Assembly (NCBI GenBank): GCA_964565135.1
Contig: CAZMEA010000002.1
Span: 9,824 to 73,823, forward strand
Length of the DNA stretch: 64,000 nt
Source of the DNA: an uncultured Woeseiaceae bacterium
Lineage (GTDB): Bacteria > Pseudomonadota > Gammaproteobacteria > Steroidobacterales > Woeseiaceae
Direction: 5' to 3'
The position numbers and the translations under genes were made by a program. Shown here piece by piece: positions 19,906 to 30,019 of the stretch. The notes under the pieces were generated by a model that was given only the letters and a program-made list of their open reading frames with translations, searched no databases and was not told the DNA's origin. Every line of letters starts with the position of its first letter. Within the stretch, counting starts at the first letter, position 1.

Positions 19906-21063
19906 TCAGCGCAGCGCCCGATCGAAGCGCGCTCCGATCCCCGCGAGACGATCCACGCTCTCATTGGAAAACACCAGTCGCACGTAGTTGTTGCAGTGCG
20001 CCGTGCCCCAGTTGGTCATCGGTGTCGCGGCGATCTTCCCGAGTGCCAGCAGGCGTCGCGAGGCTTCCGGACCATCGAGCCCCAGGCCGGAGACATCCAC
20101 CAGCAGCGACCAGCCGCCGTGTGGAGGTATGACGATGTAGTCGTCGAGCTCCTCGAGGAGCAAGTCGCGTCGACGCTCGAGTTCCAACGCGCTGGCGGCG
20201 ACGCCCGCGTCGTCCTCCCGAAGCGCGATCTCGACGGCGCCCATCGCGATGCCGGTCTGACAGACGACATTGGAAATGCTCACCCGGGCGACGTCCGCCA
20301 TCACTGCCGATGGCCCAACGGCCCAGCCGACGCGCCAGCCTATCATCCGATATTCCTTCGAGGCCGCCCCGACCGTGACAACGCGATCACGCATGCCGTC
20401 AAAGCGTGCCGGATGAATAACGGTTCTGCCGTCAAACAGGATTCGCTCCATTGCGGCGTCGTTCAGAATCAGGCAGTCGGCACGACGGCAAAACTCGATG
20501 AGCGCCTGCCACTCCGTGTCGTCGAAAACCGCTCCGGTGGGCATGGATGGGCTCATTAGAAGAGCCACCGACACAGCCTTCGGGTCGATTGAGCGCAGCG
20601 CATCTGTGTCCAGACGCCAGCCCGACTTGTCGGGACGCAGAGGCACGAATCTCGGCACGCCGCCCGCCAGCCGGACACGATTGATCAGGCCTACGTAGGT
20701 TGGGTCAGTAAGAAGAACCTCGTCGCCGGGCTCCACCGTCGCGAGCAATACGTTCAGGATCCCCGAGAGACCGCCTGCGGAGATGACGCTCTCGGTTTTC
20801 CAGTCGTAAGCCTGTCCACTTTGCTGCGAGACGTGCGCCGTGGCGGCTTCTCGCAGACCGTTCAGGCCGAGGAAGGGCAGGTAGCTGTTCGCATCGTCAT
20901 CGAGCACCGCGGCACGCGTAAACTCAATCGCCCGCGGCGGCGGTGCGATATTGGTGTCGAGGTTTTCCAGTCTCAGTACATCCGGGTCGGCCAGGCTGTC
21001 GGCCAGGTCGCCCATTTGTTCGACGCCAATCGGCGTGATGTCTTGCAATCGTGATACCGGCAT
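19906..21063 (-). CDS. Class I/II PLP-dependent aminotransferase
   Basis: PLP-lysine region GAASKEYRMIGWRVGW, 385 aa after trimming. Start moved to the ATG at 21063 (MPVSRLQDITP). Confidence 0.85.
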   Translation of the reverse strand: MPVSRLQDITPIGVEQMGDLADSLADPDVLRLENLDTNIAPPPRAIEFTRAAVLDDDANSYLPFLGLNGLREAATAHVSQQSGQAYDWKTESVISAGGLSGILNVLLATVEPGDEVLLTDPTYVGLINRVRLAGGVPRFVPLRPDKSGWRLDTDALRSIDPKAVSVALLMSPSMPTGAVFDDTEWQALIEFCRRADCLILNDAAMERILFDGRTVIHPARFDGMRDRVVTVGAASKEYRMIGWRVGWAVGPSAVMADVARVSISNVVCQTGIAMGAVEIALREDDAGVAASALELERRRDLLLEELDDYIVIPPHGGWSLLVDVSGLGLDGPEASRRLLALGKIAATPMTNWGTAHCNNYVRLVFSNESVDRLAGIGARFDRALR

Positions 21064-21133
21064 TCTCGGCTCGCCCCGACTTGTTGTTCGATTCCAGTCA
21101 CTGACAGGATAGCGCTGTGACATACTTGCGGCC

Positions 21134-22372
21134 ATGAACAGATTGCTCCTTTGCCTGTTCGCGCTGTGCATAAACGCCTGCGGCGGCGAGTCGGGATGGA
21201 ACGGGTCGTTGGAGAAACTCCTCGAGTCGCAGCCCGAGCGGTTCGGCGTCGTCATGAGCGACCCGGAAAGCTATCGCGTACAAATCATATACACCCAGAT
21301 TGATCGCGACGAAAACAACCGCCCTGCATTTCGGTCGTTTGAGTATCGGCTCGATCCGGATGAGTACTTCTATCCAGCGAGCACCGTAAAACTGCCGACC
21401 GCGGCACTCGCGCTGGAGAAACTGAACCAGCTTGGCATCGCCGGCCTGGATCGTGACACGGTGATGCTCACCGGGCGCAGTGCAGACTTTCATACGGAGG
21501 CGATACTCGATGAAACGTCACCCATTGGCCTGCCGACCGTCGCCCAGTACGTCCGCAAGATTCTTGTGGTCAGTGACAACGACGCCTTCAACCGACTCTA
21601 TGAATTCCTGGGCCAGGATCCGTTGAACGAGGCGATGGCTGCCAAGGGCTACGCGGGCACGCGGATTATTCATCGCCTCGAAGTTGCACTGAGCCCCGAA
21701 CAGAATCGCCACACTAACCCGGTCCGATTCATGCGGGCCGACCAGGTCGTTTACCAGCAGCCCGGTGTGGTGGCGACGGAAGATCGAGTCGGTACTCGTC
21801 CCGAGCTGCTGGGTGTCGCCGAAATTGTCGACGGGGAGAGGCGCGAGGGCCCCAAGGACTTTGCGGAAAAGAACGCGTATCCACTGCAGGCAATCCACGA
21901 TACGGTCAAGGCGATCATGTTTCCCGAGTTCGTGGAGCCTGAAGCACGATTCGATCTGACCGAGGACGACTATCGATTCCTGCGTCGATACATGTCTGAG
22001 TACCCTGCCGAGAGCGGCATCGATGCGTACGCGGATGGGTCGTTCTACCCTGATGGCTACGTCAAGTTCTTGATGTACGGCGGTTCCGCCGAATCAGTAC
22101 CTGACTCGATTCGCATCTTTAACAAGGTCGGGGATGCCTACGGTTTTCTGACCGACGCCGCCTACGTCGTGGACTTCGAGCATCGCATCGAATTTCTCTT
22201 GGCCGCCACCGTTTACACCAATGCCAATCAGACGTTCAACGACAATGTCTACGAGTACGACGAAACCGGCTTTCCGTTCCTGCGCGATCTCGGGCAGGCG
22301 ATCTATGACGTTGAGCTCGCCCGCACGCGCACCCATCCGCCCGATCTCTCTGCGCTGCGCGATTTGCGATAA
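21134..22372 (+). CDS. Class A beta-lactamase-fold serine hydrolase, probable lipoprotein
   Basis: SxxK (ASTVK), SDN (VVSDNDAF), KTG-like (NKVGD). N-terminus MNRLLLCLFALCINAC. Confidence 0.75.
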   Translation: MNRLLLCLFALCINACGGESGWNGSLEKLLESQPERFGVVMSDPESYRVQIIYTQIDRDENNRPAFRSFEYRLDPDEYFYPASTVKLPTAALALEKLNQLGIAGLDRDTVMLTGRSADFHTEAILDETSPIGLPTVAQYVRKILVVSDNDAFNRLYEFLGQDPLNEAMAAKGYAGTRIIHRLEVALSPEQNRHTNPVRFMRADQVVYQQPGVVATEDRVGTRPELLGVAEIVDGERREGPKDFAEKNAYPLQAIHDTVKAIMFPEFVEPEARFDLTEDDYRFLRRYMSEYPAESGIDAYADGSFYPDGYVKFLMYGGSAESVPDSIRIFNKVGDAYGFLTDAAYVVDFEHRIEFLLAATVYTNANQTFNDNVYEYDETGFPFLRDLGQAIYDVELARTRTHPPDLSALRDLR

Positions 22373-22378
22373 CGTCCG

Positions 22379-23275
22379 GTGATATCACTGCTCCGCAACG
22401 TTCTGGGCGTGTTTGTCTTCGGTCTGTGTACCGTCAATACCGTGGTTTGGATTACGCCGCTGCTGACCTTTACGATTTTCAAGCTCTTCATACCGGTTGC
22501 CGGGTTTCGTACCTTGATGACGCGGTGGATCATGGCGATGGGCGAGAACTGGATCAGTACGAATGCAGTGATCTTTTCGATGGTCAATCGGACCCGGTTC
22601 AATGTGACGGGCCTCGACGAGCTACGGCGGGATAACTGGTACTTGCTACTCGTAAATCATCAGACCTGGGTTGACATCATCGCCCTGCAAACCGTGCTAA
22701 ACCGGCGGATCCCCTTCCTGAAGTTTTTCGTCAAACAGCAACTCTTCTGGTTTCCATTGCTCGGTCTCGCCTTCTGGGCACTGGACATGCCGTTCATGCG
22801 CCGTTACTCGAAGGACTACCTGGCGCGACATCCCGAGAAAAAAGGCCAGGATCTCGAGATGACACGCAAGGCTTGCGCACGGTTCCACTCTACCCCGACG
22901 AGCGTCATCAACTTTGTCGAGGGTACGCGCTTCAGCGAGGAGAAGCGCGATCGTAGAGATTCGCCGTATCGGCATCTGCTGCCACCGAGGTCTGGTGGCA
23001 TTGCGGTCACCGTTTCCGCCATGGGCGAGATGTTTGACGCGATTCTGGACATCACGATGCACTATCCTGACGGCGTGCCGACGTTCTGGGATGCAATGTG
23101 CGGTCGCTTCAGCGCGGTCGATATTCAAATTTGTCGACGGCCGATCGACGACTGGATCGTAAAGGGCGACTACGTAAACGATCGAGAGTTTCGCCGGGAC
23201 TTCCATCGTTGGCTGAGCGAACTTTGGTCGGCCAAAGACCAGGAGCTCGCCGAGCTGCATGCTCGCCAGGGTTGA
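22379..23275 (+). CDS. yihG: YihG-type membrane acyltransferase (lysophospholipid acyltransferase family)
   Basis: Long collinear match to the E. coli YihG sequence as I recall it ([15 protein letters not shown]..., [47 protein letters not shown]). HX4D present. GTG start. Confidence 0.85.
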   Translation: MISLLRNVLGVFVFGLCTVNTVVWITPLLTFTIFKLFIPVAGFRTLMTRWIMAMGENWISTNAVIFSMVNRTRFNVTGLDELRRDNWYLLLVNHQTWVDIIALQTVLNRRIPFLKFFVKQQLFWFPLLGLAFWALDMPFMRRYSKDYLARHPEKKGQDLEMTRKACARFHSTPTSVINFVEGTRFSEEKRDRRDSPYRHLLPPRSGGIAVTVSAMGEMFDAILDITMHYPDGVPTFWDAMCGRFSAVDIQICRRPIDDWIVKGDYVNDREFRRDFHRWLSELWSAKDQELAELHARQG

Positions 23276-23279
23276 CCGA

Positions 23280-23582
23280 ATGCCGATCGATACATCTGTC
23301 TGGAGTCTGTACGTTGTGCGTTGCGCCGATGAGAGTCTCTACACGGGCATTACCACGGACGTCTCACGCAGGCTTCGCGAACACCAACGGGGCACTCGCG
23401 GTGCACGGTACCTGCGTGGTCGCGCGCCACTAACGCTCGAGTTTTCCGTCGTTGTTGGAGATCGAGGCGCAGCGTCGCGCGCCGAGAACAGCGTAAAACG
23501 TTTGAGCAAAAGCGAAAAAGAGCGGCTGTTGCGCTCGCCTGAGAACCTCCGCCGCAAGGTCCTCGACTATGCCAGCGGCTGA
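23280..23582 (+). CDS. GIY-YIG domain protein (UPF0213/YhbQ-like)
   Basis: [31 protein letters not shown]. Start moved to the ATG at 23280. Confidence 0.8.
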   Translation: MPIDTSVWSLYVVRCADESLYTGITTDVSRRLREHQRGTRGARYLRGRAPLTLEFSVVVGDRGAASRAENSVKRLSKSEKERLLRSPENLRRKVLDYASG

Positions 23583-23589
23583 TCGATAG

Positions 23590-24399
23590 TCAGCATCCGC
23601 CGCGACCCCACGACTCGCACAGTTGTCGTGTCGACTCGTCGGATGGAAAGTACGATTCGATCTTCAGCTCCTGCAGGGTTACATCCTGCGCTGTGCCGAA
23701 CGTCGTCACCGTCGTAAAGAAGCGCATACGCGTCGAGCCTTTGCGCAGCGAAAGGTCGATGGTCGGTCCCGCAGGCAGACGGCTCGACAACTCGCGCCAG
23801 TTGCGGGGCGTTGTCGGCATCGCTTCGATGCGCTGGAACAACGCCAGCTTCTCGGCGTTGTCGCTTCCCGACAGGGTTTCGCGAAACAAGCGCATGAGCA
23901 GGGCGGAGCTCAGCAGCTCCCAGTCCTCGACCCAGGGTTGCAGTCCGTCTTCCGCGAACAGCAGTTCGAAGGCGTTTTGCGAGGCCAGTTCGGGTTGATC
24001 GAGGAACAGGGCGGACAACCGCATGCCGCCATGGTTCTGGCGAACGACATTCCAGTTTGCGTCGACCACAATGGCCGGGTACGGCTCGTGCTTCTCGAGA
24101 ATCCGCGACAGCGCTTCTTCGGCCTGGCGTATCTCCGGAGCGTCGAGCGGCGTTTCGGAGTACGCGCTCGCGAATCCGGCAGCCGACAGCATCAGGTTCC
24201 GGTCCCGCAGCGGCACGTCCATGGCGTTGGAGAGCCGCACAATCATCTCGCGGCTAGGCTGGTTTCGTCCCGTTTCGAGAAAACTGACGTGCTTGCTCGA
24301 GATATCGGCCTCGAGGGCCAGGTCGAGCTGGCTGTAACGACGCTGCTCGCGCCAGTGACGCAACAGAGCGCCAAAGGATGTCGGGTCTGTTGTGCTCAT
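23590..24399 (-). CDS. XRE-type HTH regulator with MmyB-like ligand-binding domain
   Basis: FGALLRHWREQRRYSQLDLALEADISSKHVSFLETGRNQPSREMIVRLSNAMDVP, plus a roughly 170-aa C-terminal domain of MmyB type. Confidence 0.75.
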   Translation of the reverse strand: MSTTDPTSFGALLRHWREQRRYSQLDLALEADISSKHVSFLETGRNQPSREMIVRLSNAMDVPLRDRNLMLSAAGFASAYSETPLDAPEIRQAEEALSRILEKHEPYPAIVVDANWNVVRQNHGGMRLSALFLDQPELASQNAFELLFAEDGLQPWVEDWELLSSALLMRLFRETLSGSDNAEKLALFQRIEAMPTTPRNWRELSSRLPAGPTIDLSLRKGSTRMRFFTTVTTFGTAQDVTLQELKIESYFPSDESTRQLCESWGRGGC

Positions 24400-24478
24400 C
24401 GGGTTCCCCGGGGCGGTGAAGTTGCAGTGTAACGATCCGCTTTCCGGAAACCATTACCTGATGGGTAATTACAGCTCG

Positions 24479-25483
24479 CTAGTAGAGCGCTATCGCCACG
24501 CCGAATGGCGGTCTTTCGAGTCGCGTGCCCGATTCTTCAGCCAACGCGGATACCCAGGGCGAGACGGCGAGCACGTCGTCGACGATGTAGGGAAACAGTG
24601 CGACCTCGCCGAATGGCCGGGTGAAGTCATCGAAGTGAATCGGAATGACACGACTCGCGCCAGTCGCGTCAATCGTTTGTTCCCAGTACTGTCGGGTGTA
24701 TTCCTCGCCCTGCGCTGCGAGTCCGGCGACGCTGATAAACGCGACATCAACTGCGTGAGTGGCAAGTGCTCCGTCCACGAACCCAGCGCTTCCCTGGACG
24801 AGTGCCGTCCCCGAGGGGTGTCGAATGAGTATGGAGTTAGCGGTTCCGCCGCGCCATGTCCAGAACCGGGCGGGCTGCCGCAACGGCTTGTCAATGATGC
24901 CGGTTGGCCAGCCGCCGTCGCCAATCCCTGTCGGAACGTGCCGTGACTCGATCAACGTGACGGTGAAGTCGCCGAAGACACGGCTCTCGCCGCTTGCAAG
25001 AATCTGAAACTGGTCGACGGGCACGTCGGCGCCGAGCGCGATGTTCGCCATCGATTCGGTGCCGAGCAACAGCGCTGTCGAGCGGTTGGCCACGCGGCCC
25101 ACATCAATCGCGTGATCGACGTGAGTATGAACCGGTACCAGGGCGGCCAGACGGTCGATACGATATTCGTCCATGACGTAGTTGATGTTCGCGATATCCG
25201 AGGCCACCGGACGTGCGACGGCGAAGTCGAACGGACTGAGGCGTGTGAACGTGCCGTCGACGAGAATCTGCGTTTCACCGTCATCGAACAACAACGTGCT
25301 AATGCCGAGCCAGGTTGCCGTCACCTGTCCCTCGTCCTCGGACTGCACGTCGGCAATCGGCCACTCAAGATCCGCGATGTCCGGACGGTTTTGCCAGAGC
25401 ACGGCCAACACGACATAGACGGTCACTACGATAATCGCAGTCGCCGAAATTGCCATGGTTGCCCAGCGTTGATGACGGGTCAT
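24479..25483 (-). CDS. Membrane-anchored MBL-fold metallohydrolase
   Basis: HxHxDH (VHTHVDHAID). N-terminal TM segment (MTRHQRWATMAISATAIIVVTVYVVLAVLW). Start moved to the ATG at 25483. Confidence 0.75.
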   Translation of the reverse strand: MTRHQRWATMAISATAIIVVTVYVVLAVLWQNRPDIADLEWPIADVQSEDEGQVTATWLGISTLLFDDGETQILVDGTFTRLSPFDFAVARPVASDIANINYVMDEYRIDRLAALVPVHTHVDHAIDVGRVANRSTALLLGTESMANIALGADVPVDQFQILASGESRVFGDFTVTLIESRHVPTGIGDGGWPTGIIDKPLRQPARFWTWRGGTANSILIRHPSGTALVQGSAGFVDGALATHAVDVAFISVAGLAAQGEEYTRQYWEQTIDATGASRVIPIHFDDFTRPFGEVALFPYIVDDVLAVSPWVSALAEESGTRLERPPFGVAIALY

Positions 25484-25511
25484 GCGAATTCCGAAACCGA
25501 TAAGCCTGTGA

Positions 25512-26729
25512 CTACTGGCCCACCGCGAGGCGTGCGAGATGGCCGGCAAGCGGTGCGAGGTAATTGCCGAGCGCGTAGCCAATCAAGGCCATCAGTACGG
25601 ACACCGGCACCAGGCTTGGGCGATGGAACGCTGCAACGATCGGTGCGGATGCCGCGGCGCCGATATTGGCGGCTGAGGCAATGGCGACGCTGTGGACATC
25701 GACGCGGAACAGTTTCGCGCCGAGCAGGCAAAAGGCACCGTGAACGAATATCCAGATAAACGCCCCCAGCAGAAACGCCGGGGCCTCGCCAAAGCCGGCT
25801 ACGCTGGCTCTGGCACCCATACCGGCAACGAAAACATAGATCAGGGCCGTGCCCAGTGCCGTCGAGTTTGGCAGGCTGTTCACCGGCGTCGCCGACAAGC
25901 CAAGCGCAATCGTCGTGATCAGGAGGATCCGCCACGTCGACTGCGACAGGATTCCGTTCAGCTGTGGCAACGCGGATGCCTGTGCCGCGAAGATGTTCTC
26001 GGCGAGGCTCGTGCCGATCCAGGCAACGCCGACAGCAATGGCAACGAGATAGAGATACTCCTGCATTTCCGGCGCACGCTCTTCGGTAACCAGCATCTCG
26101 GCCGCCGAATCCATCATTCGAAGTCGGTCTTCCGGTACCCGCGCCCACGCATTGAAACGGTCCGCGAAGTTCTTCGAGGCCAGCAGGATCGGCAGCCAGA
26201 CGATATAGATGACGTTGTCCGCGAGCACGGCGAGGCCGAACTGCTCTGGCGGCGTGGCCAGCATCTCGCTGGCGGCGGCCAGATTTGCGGTGCCGCCAAT
26301 CCAGCTCCCTGCCAGCGCGCCGAATCCGGTCCAGGCATCGGGCGACAGCCAGCGATGGACGATCACGTAGCCGACAACCGCACCGACAACGACGCCCAAT
26401 GTGCCCATGAGCATAACCAGGACGCCTTTTCCCATGATGCGAACGGCAGCAGGTACGTCGACCTTGATGAGCATGAGGACAATAAACACCGGCAACACGT
26501 AAGCGCTGAGCGCCGGATACACCGCCGAATCGTGAGGAATGATTTCGAGGTTGTTGAGGAATACAGGCGTTGAATAGATAAACAACAGGGGTGGCACGTA
26601 TTGGAACAACTTCCAACCGGTTACCTTTTGCACGAAGAACCAGAACGCAGCGACGATGCACAGTACGGCTACGACCCCGCCCGCAGACTCGATGCAGTGT
26701 TCTCCTGAACAGCCCAATAGGTCGACCAC
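25512..26729 (-). CDS. DUF819-family polytopic membrane protein
   Basis: About 10-12 predicted TM helices. The N-terminal pattern FW..V....GWKLFQYVPPLLFIYSTPVFLNNLEIIP matches what I recall for DUF819. GTG start. Confidence 0.65.
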   Translation of the reverse strand: MVDLLGCSGEHCIESAGGVVAVLCIVAAFWFFVQKVTGWKLFQYVPPLLFIYSTPVFLNNLEIIPHDSAVYPALSAYVLPVFIVLMLIKVDVPAAVRIMGKGVLVMLMGTLGVVVGAVVGYVIVHRWLSPDAWTGFGALAGSWIGGTANLAAASEMLATPPEQFGLAVLADNVIYIVWLPILLASKNFADRFNAWARVPEDRLRMMDSAAEMLVTEERAPEMQEYLYLVAIAVGVAWIGTSLAENIFAAQASALPQLNGILSQSTWRILLITTIALGLSATPVNSLPNSTALGTALIYVFVAGMGARASVAGFGEAPAFLLGAFIWIFVHGAFCLLGAKLFRVDVHSVAIASAANIGAAASAPIVAAFHRPSLVPVSVLMALIGYALGNYLAPLAGHLARLAVGQ

Positions 26730-26805
26730 GCGTGACCCCCCAGCACAACCCGAGGCGGGATTATAGCAACGGTAGGCGTGTACCCCCGGACGGGGACGTG
26801 ATCAG

Positions 26806-27519
26806 TCAGCCGAAGCTCAGTTGCGCGTCGAAGTCGCGACGGGAGTCATCGTCGGTGAGGGCGGATGCCTTGAGACGCAACCAGGTTGTGTCCCAGTCAT
26901 CGATCGAAGATTCATCGAAGCGGACCTTTTCGAGCCATATTGGAAGGTCGTCGATCGATACAACGTGCGCTGGTTGTTCATTCGCGAAGTGCGCGGATGG
27001 AGAGAACACCACGACGCTGGCGACAGGCAGTCCCGGCACTGCCTTGCGGATTGCTTTGACATGGCCCTCGTTCTGTATCACCGGATTGAGGAACGACCGC
27101 CGCCGCGTGCCCTCGTTCCATGACCATTGAGGATCGTCCAGAGCGCCGAAGATCGTGCCACTCTGGCTGTTCGTCTGCACGCAGACAACGCCACCTGCCA
27201 TCAGGACAATATGATCGATACGCGTCAGTCCGTCACACGCACTCGGCAGGATGACGTCATGCAATACCTCGACGCCGGCAGAGTTCAGCAACCCGGTCAG
27301 TCGTTTGTGTGCGAGCGCGCGCTTGGTCACCTGCCAGGCGGCGAGGGAAGCCGGGCGAAGGACAAGCCCGAGGATGAGCGCGGTCGCAAGCACAAAGGCG
27401 ATGACGGCAAACGAGTTATCAATTGCGCCGGTTTGCGCGCCATCAGCCGTCGCTGCGGATGCAGCGGCGGTCAGAAAAAGCCATCCGGTATGGCAAGCAG
27501 CGAGTCGTCCTGACGTCAT
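26806..27519 (-). CDS. Membrane-anchored NERD-domain protein
   Basis: Two N-terminal hydrophobic segments, then a NERD-like core (VLHDVILPSACDGLTRIDHIVLMAGGVVCVQTNSQSGTIFG...NPVIQNEGHVKAI). Confidence 0.65.
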   Translation of the reverse strand: MTSGRLAACHTGWLFLTAAASAATADGAQTGAIDNSFAVIAFVLATALILGLVLRPASLAAWQVTKRALAHKRLTGLLNSAGVEVLHDVILPSACDGLTRIDHIVLMAGGVVCVQTNSQSGTIFGALDDPQWSWNEGTRRRSFLNPVIQNEGHVKAIRKAVPGLPVASVVVFSPSAHFANEQPAHVVSIDDLPIWLEKVRFDESSIDDWDTTWLRLKASALTDDDSRRDFDAQLSFG

Positions 27520-27630
27520 GGCTCAAGACTAGGTTCCGGTGCCGGAACGCAACGAGTCGTCTGTCACGTTTTATGACAAAGCCTGCCGCGATCACTCAGG
27601 AATGTGACGGCTTGCGCGTTTTGGATGGCC

Positions 27631-28431
27631 TCACTGCTCTGGTGGATAGGCGAAGTAGTAGCCATCCTGCTGGTGCAATCGCAGCGGTGTCCCGTACGTC
27701 TCCGTCAGGTTGGCCACCGTAAGCACGTCCGATCGCGCTCCATCCGCGACAATCCGGCCCTCAGACAGCAGGACGACGCGGTCGATCTCAGGGGGAATCT
27801 CATTCAGATGGTGGGTTACCAGCAGTATGCTCCGTCCCGCCCGGATCATCTGACGAATCCGGCGCAGGTAATCGAAGCTTGCCGCCAGGTCGAGACCGGC
27901 GAATGGTTCATCGAGAATGAGTGTCCGCGGTTCGTGCACCATGGCCCGTGCCAGCAGGCAACGCCGTTTCTGACCTGTCGACATTCTTGCCAGGGGCGTG
28001 TCTCTGTAGTCCTGGACGCCGAAGTCTGCCAGGGCAGACGTTGCGAGTGCACGATGGTGATCCGTTACATCGTCTGCGATCAGGCCGTGAGTGCCGATAC
28101 TCGAGAAAAAGCCGCTGAGCACAACGTCCAGTCCGGTAGCCCGATCCGGATAACGAAGCGCCAGATCGTCGGAGACGATGCCGATCTGTCGTCGGAGCTC
28201 CCAAACGTTCCATCGGCTCTTGCCCAGGATGCGCACGAAGGTATCCGGATCGTGCACCGGATACAGCTCACGATTAAGAAGCTTGAGCAGGGTCGTCTTA
28301 CCCGCGCCGTTGGGCCCGACGATGGCGACCCGTTCTCCCTGCGCGACGCGCAGGGAGAATTCGCGAAACACCGGTTTGTCACCGCGATACACGGTAGCGT
28401 TGCCGATGTCGACCAGTGGCGGCTTGCTCAT
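27631..28431 (-). CDS. ABC-type ATPase, ModF/YlmA-like, with no adjacent permease
   Basis: Walker A GPNGAGKTT, signature MSTGQKRR, Walker B LILDEPFAGLD, H-loop VTHH. Confidence 0.9.
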   Translation of the reverse strand: MSKPPLVDIGNATVYRGDKPVFREFSLRVAQGERVAIVGPNGAGKTTLLKLLNRELYPVHDPDTFVRILGKSRWNVWELRRQIGIVSDDLALRYPDRATGLDVVLSGFFSSIGTHGLIADDVTDHHRALATSALADFGVQDYRDTPLARMSTGQKRRCLLARAMVHEPRTLILDEPFAGLDLAASFDYLRRIRQMIRAGRSILLVTHHLNEIPPEIDRVVLLSEGRIVADGARSDVLTVANLTETYGTPLRLHQQDGYYFAYPPEQ

Positions 28432-28484
28432 GCTATGTACTGTGGTTGAGACCCGGGCATTCTACGAAGGATCGTTCGACATCG

Positions 28485-29912
28485 TCAGGCTTCCTGGGTT
28501 TTCCAGTGTCCTGATCGGAACACAAACACCGCAATAACCGTCAACAGCGTTTCCGACAAGACGATTGCCGTGAAGACACCGTCCGGTCCCAAGCCGATCG
28601 AAACAGCCAGCCAATAGGCGAGCGGGATCTGGACGATCCAGAAGCAAACCAGATTCATAAACGACGGACTGCGCGTGTCACCAGCCCCGTTCAGCGCCTG
28701 GATAAGGATCATGCCGGCAGCGTAGGCTGGGTAGCCGATCCCCATAATGCGCAAACAGCTCGTGCCATATCGCAGAATTTCGGGCTCGCTCGAGAACCAG
28801 CCAACGATGGTCGGAGCAAGTATCAGCAAAAGAATGCCCAGGATCGTCATGAAGGCCACGTTGTAGCGTGCCGCCTGCCACGTCGTTCTTGCTGCCCGAT
28901 CGGGTTTGCCCGCGCCCAGGTTTTGCCCGACCAGCGTTGCTGCCGCATTGCCCAGGCCCCAGGCCGGGAGGATGGCGAACTCGATCATCCGCAGTGCGAT
29001 CGTATATGCCGCGATGGGTGCACTGCCGTACAGGGCGACAATTCGCATGATCGCGATCCAGCTGGACGTTGCGATCAGGAACTGGCCAATGCCGCCAATG
29101 GATATGTACAACAGGCGCCGGATCAGCTTCGGAGCCAGGCGCATGTGCTGCCGCTTGAGCCGGAGCCTTCCGTAGTCCGTGAACAGGTAGTAGCCGAGAT
29201 AGGCGACGCCGATGCTGCGGCCGATTGTCGTGGCGATGCCAGCACCCGTGACGCCAAGTTCGGGAAACGGACCGAGGCCGAAAATCAGGCAGGGATCCAG
29301 CACGATATTGATGCCGTTTGCGAGCATCAGGGCGCGAAGCGCAACCGGCGCATCGCCCGCGCCGCGGAATGCTGCGTTGAGCAAAAACAGAAACAGAATG
29401 CTGCCCGAGCCGCCGATAAGCACGGCCGTAAAGCCGCTGCCGGTTGCGACGACCTCAGCGTCTGCGCCCATCAATTGCAGGAGCTGGGGCGCGAACAGGA
29501 ATCCGCACGTACCGATGAAAATCGACAGCGCCAGGCCGACCCAGATCGCCTGGCCGGTCACTCTGGCGGCATCGTCCGGGTCACCGGCGCCGATACGCCT
29601 GGAAACCATTGCCGTCGCGCCCATGCCCAGTCCGATGGCAACCGCGTAAAGCACGGTTATCAAGGCCTCGGTTATGCCAACGGCGGCAACCGCGGCGGTC
29701 CCAAGCCGGGAGACAAAAGCGATGTCGACGACGGCAAACACCGCCTCCATCGACATCTCCAGCACCATCGGGATCGCCATGAGCCCCAGGGCGCGGCCCG
29801 TCGAACCGACGGTCAGGTCGGCGTCGCTGTCACGCAGTGCTTCGCGAAGAAACGCGATCGCGCGCTGCAGCAGGTTTGTCTGTCTTACAGATTGTTCGTT
29901 TGAGTAGGTCAT
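28485..29912 (-). CDS. MATE-family efflux transporter
   Basis: 475 aa, 12 TM, typical MATE N-terminus (LGLMAIPMVLEMSMEAVFAVVDIAFVSRLG). Confidence 0.9.
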   Translation of the reverse strand: MTYSNEQSVRQTNLLQRAIAFLREALRDSDADLTVGSTGRALGLMAIPMVLEMSMEAVFAVVDIAFVSRLGTAAVAAVGITEALITVLYAVAIGLGMGATAMVSRRIGAGDPDDAARVTGQAIWVGLALSIFIGTCGFLFAPQLLQLMGADAEVVATGSGFTAVLIGGSGSILFLFLLNAAFRGAGDAPVALRALMLANGINIVLDPCLIFGLGPFPELGVTGAGIATTIGRSIGVAYLGYYLFTDYGRLRLKRQHMRLAPKLIRRLLYISIGGIGQFLIATSSWIAIMRIVALYGSAPIAAYTIALRMIEFAILPAWGLGNAAATLVGQNLGAGKPDRAARTTWQAARYNVAFMTILGILLLILAPTIVGWFSSEPEILRYGTSCLRIMGIGYPAYAAGMILIQALNGAGDTRSPSFMNLVCFWIVQIPLAYWLAVSIGLGPDGVFTAIVLSETLLTVIAVFVFRSGHWKTQEA

Positions 29913-30019
29913 CTCTGGTGTCTTGCTTCAGGTGCCGGCCAGCGATGTAGCGCAGGCGCGGCAGTGCAATCCGGGGTCTGAATCCGGAGCCAGAGATGTT
30001 GGTGAACCTCAGGTCTGGA

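Noticed and set aside
26592-26608. Additional TGGCAC words, for example 26592 (plus strand) and 28750..28768 (minus strand)
   Set aside because: They lie inside coding regions, and the -12 GC is either absent or at the wrong spacing (12 nt instead of 10).
25480-26748. 422-aa minus-strand ORF overlapping the DUF819 gene in another frame
   Set aside because: Its composition is R/G/C/P-rich and it has no hydrophobic helices. The 25512..26729 frame gives a coherent polytopic membrane protein. This is an off-frame artefact.
28923-29903. 326-aa plus-strand ORF opposite the MATE gene
   Set aside because: Arg/Asp/Gln-rich low-complexity translation. The opposite strand encodes a clean 12-TM MATE protein.
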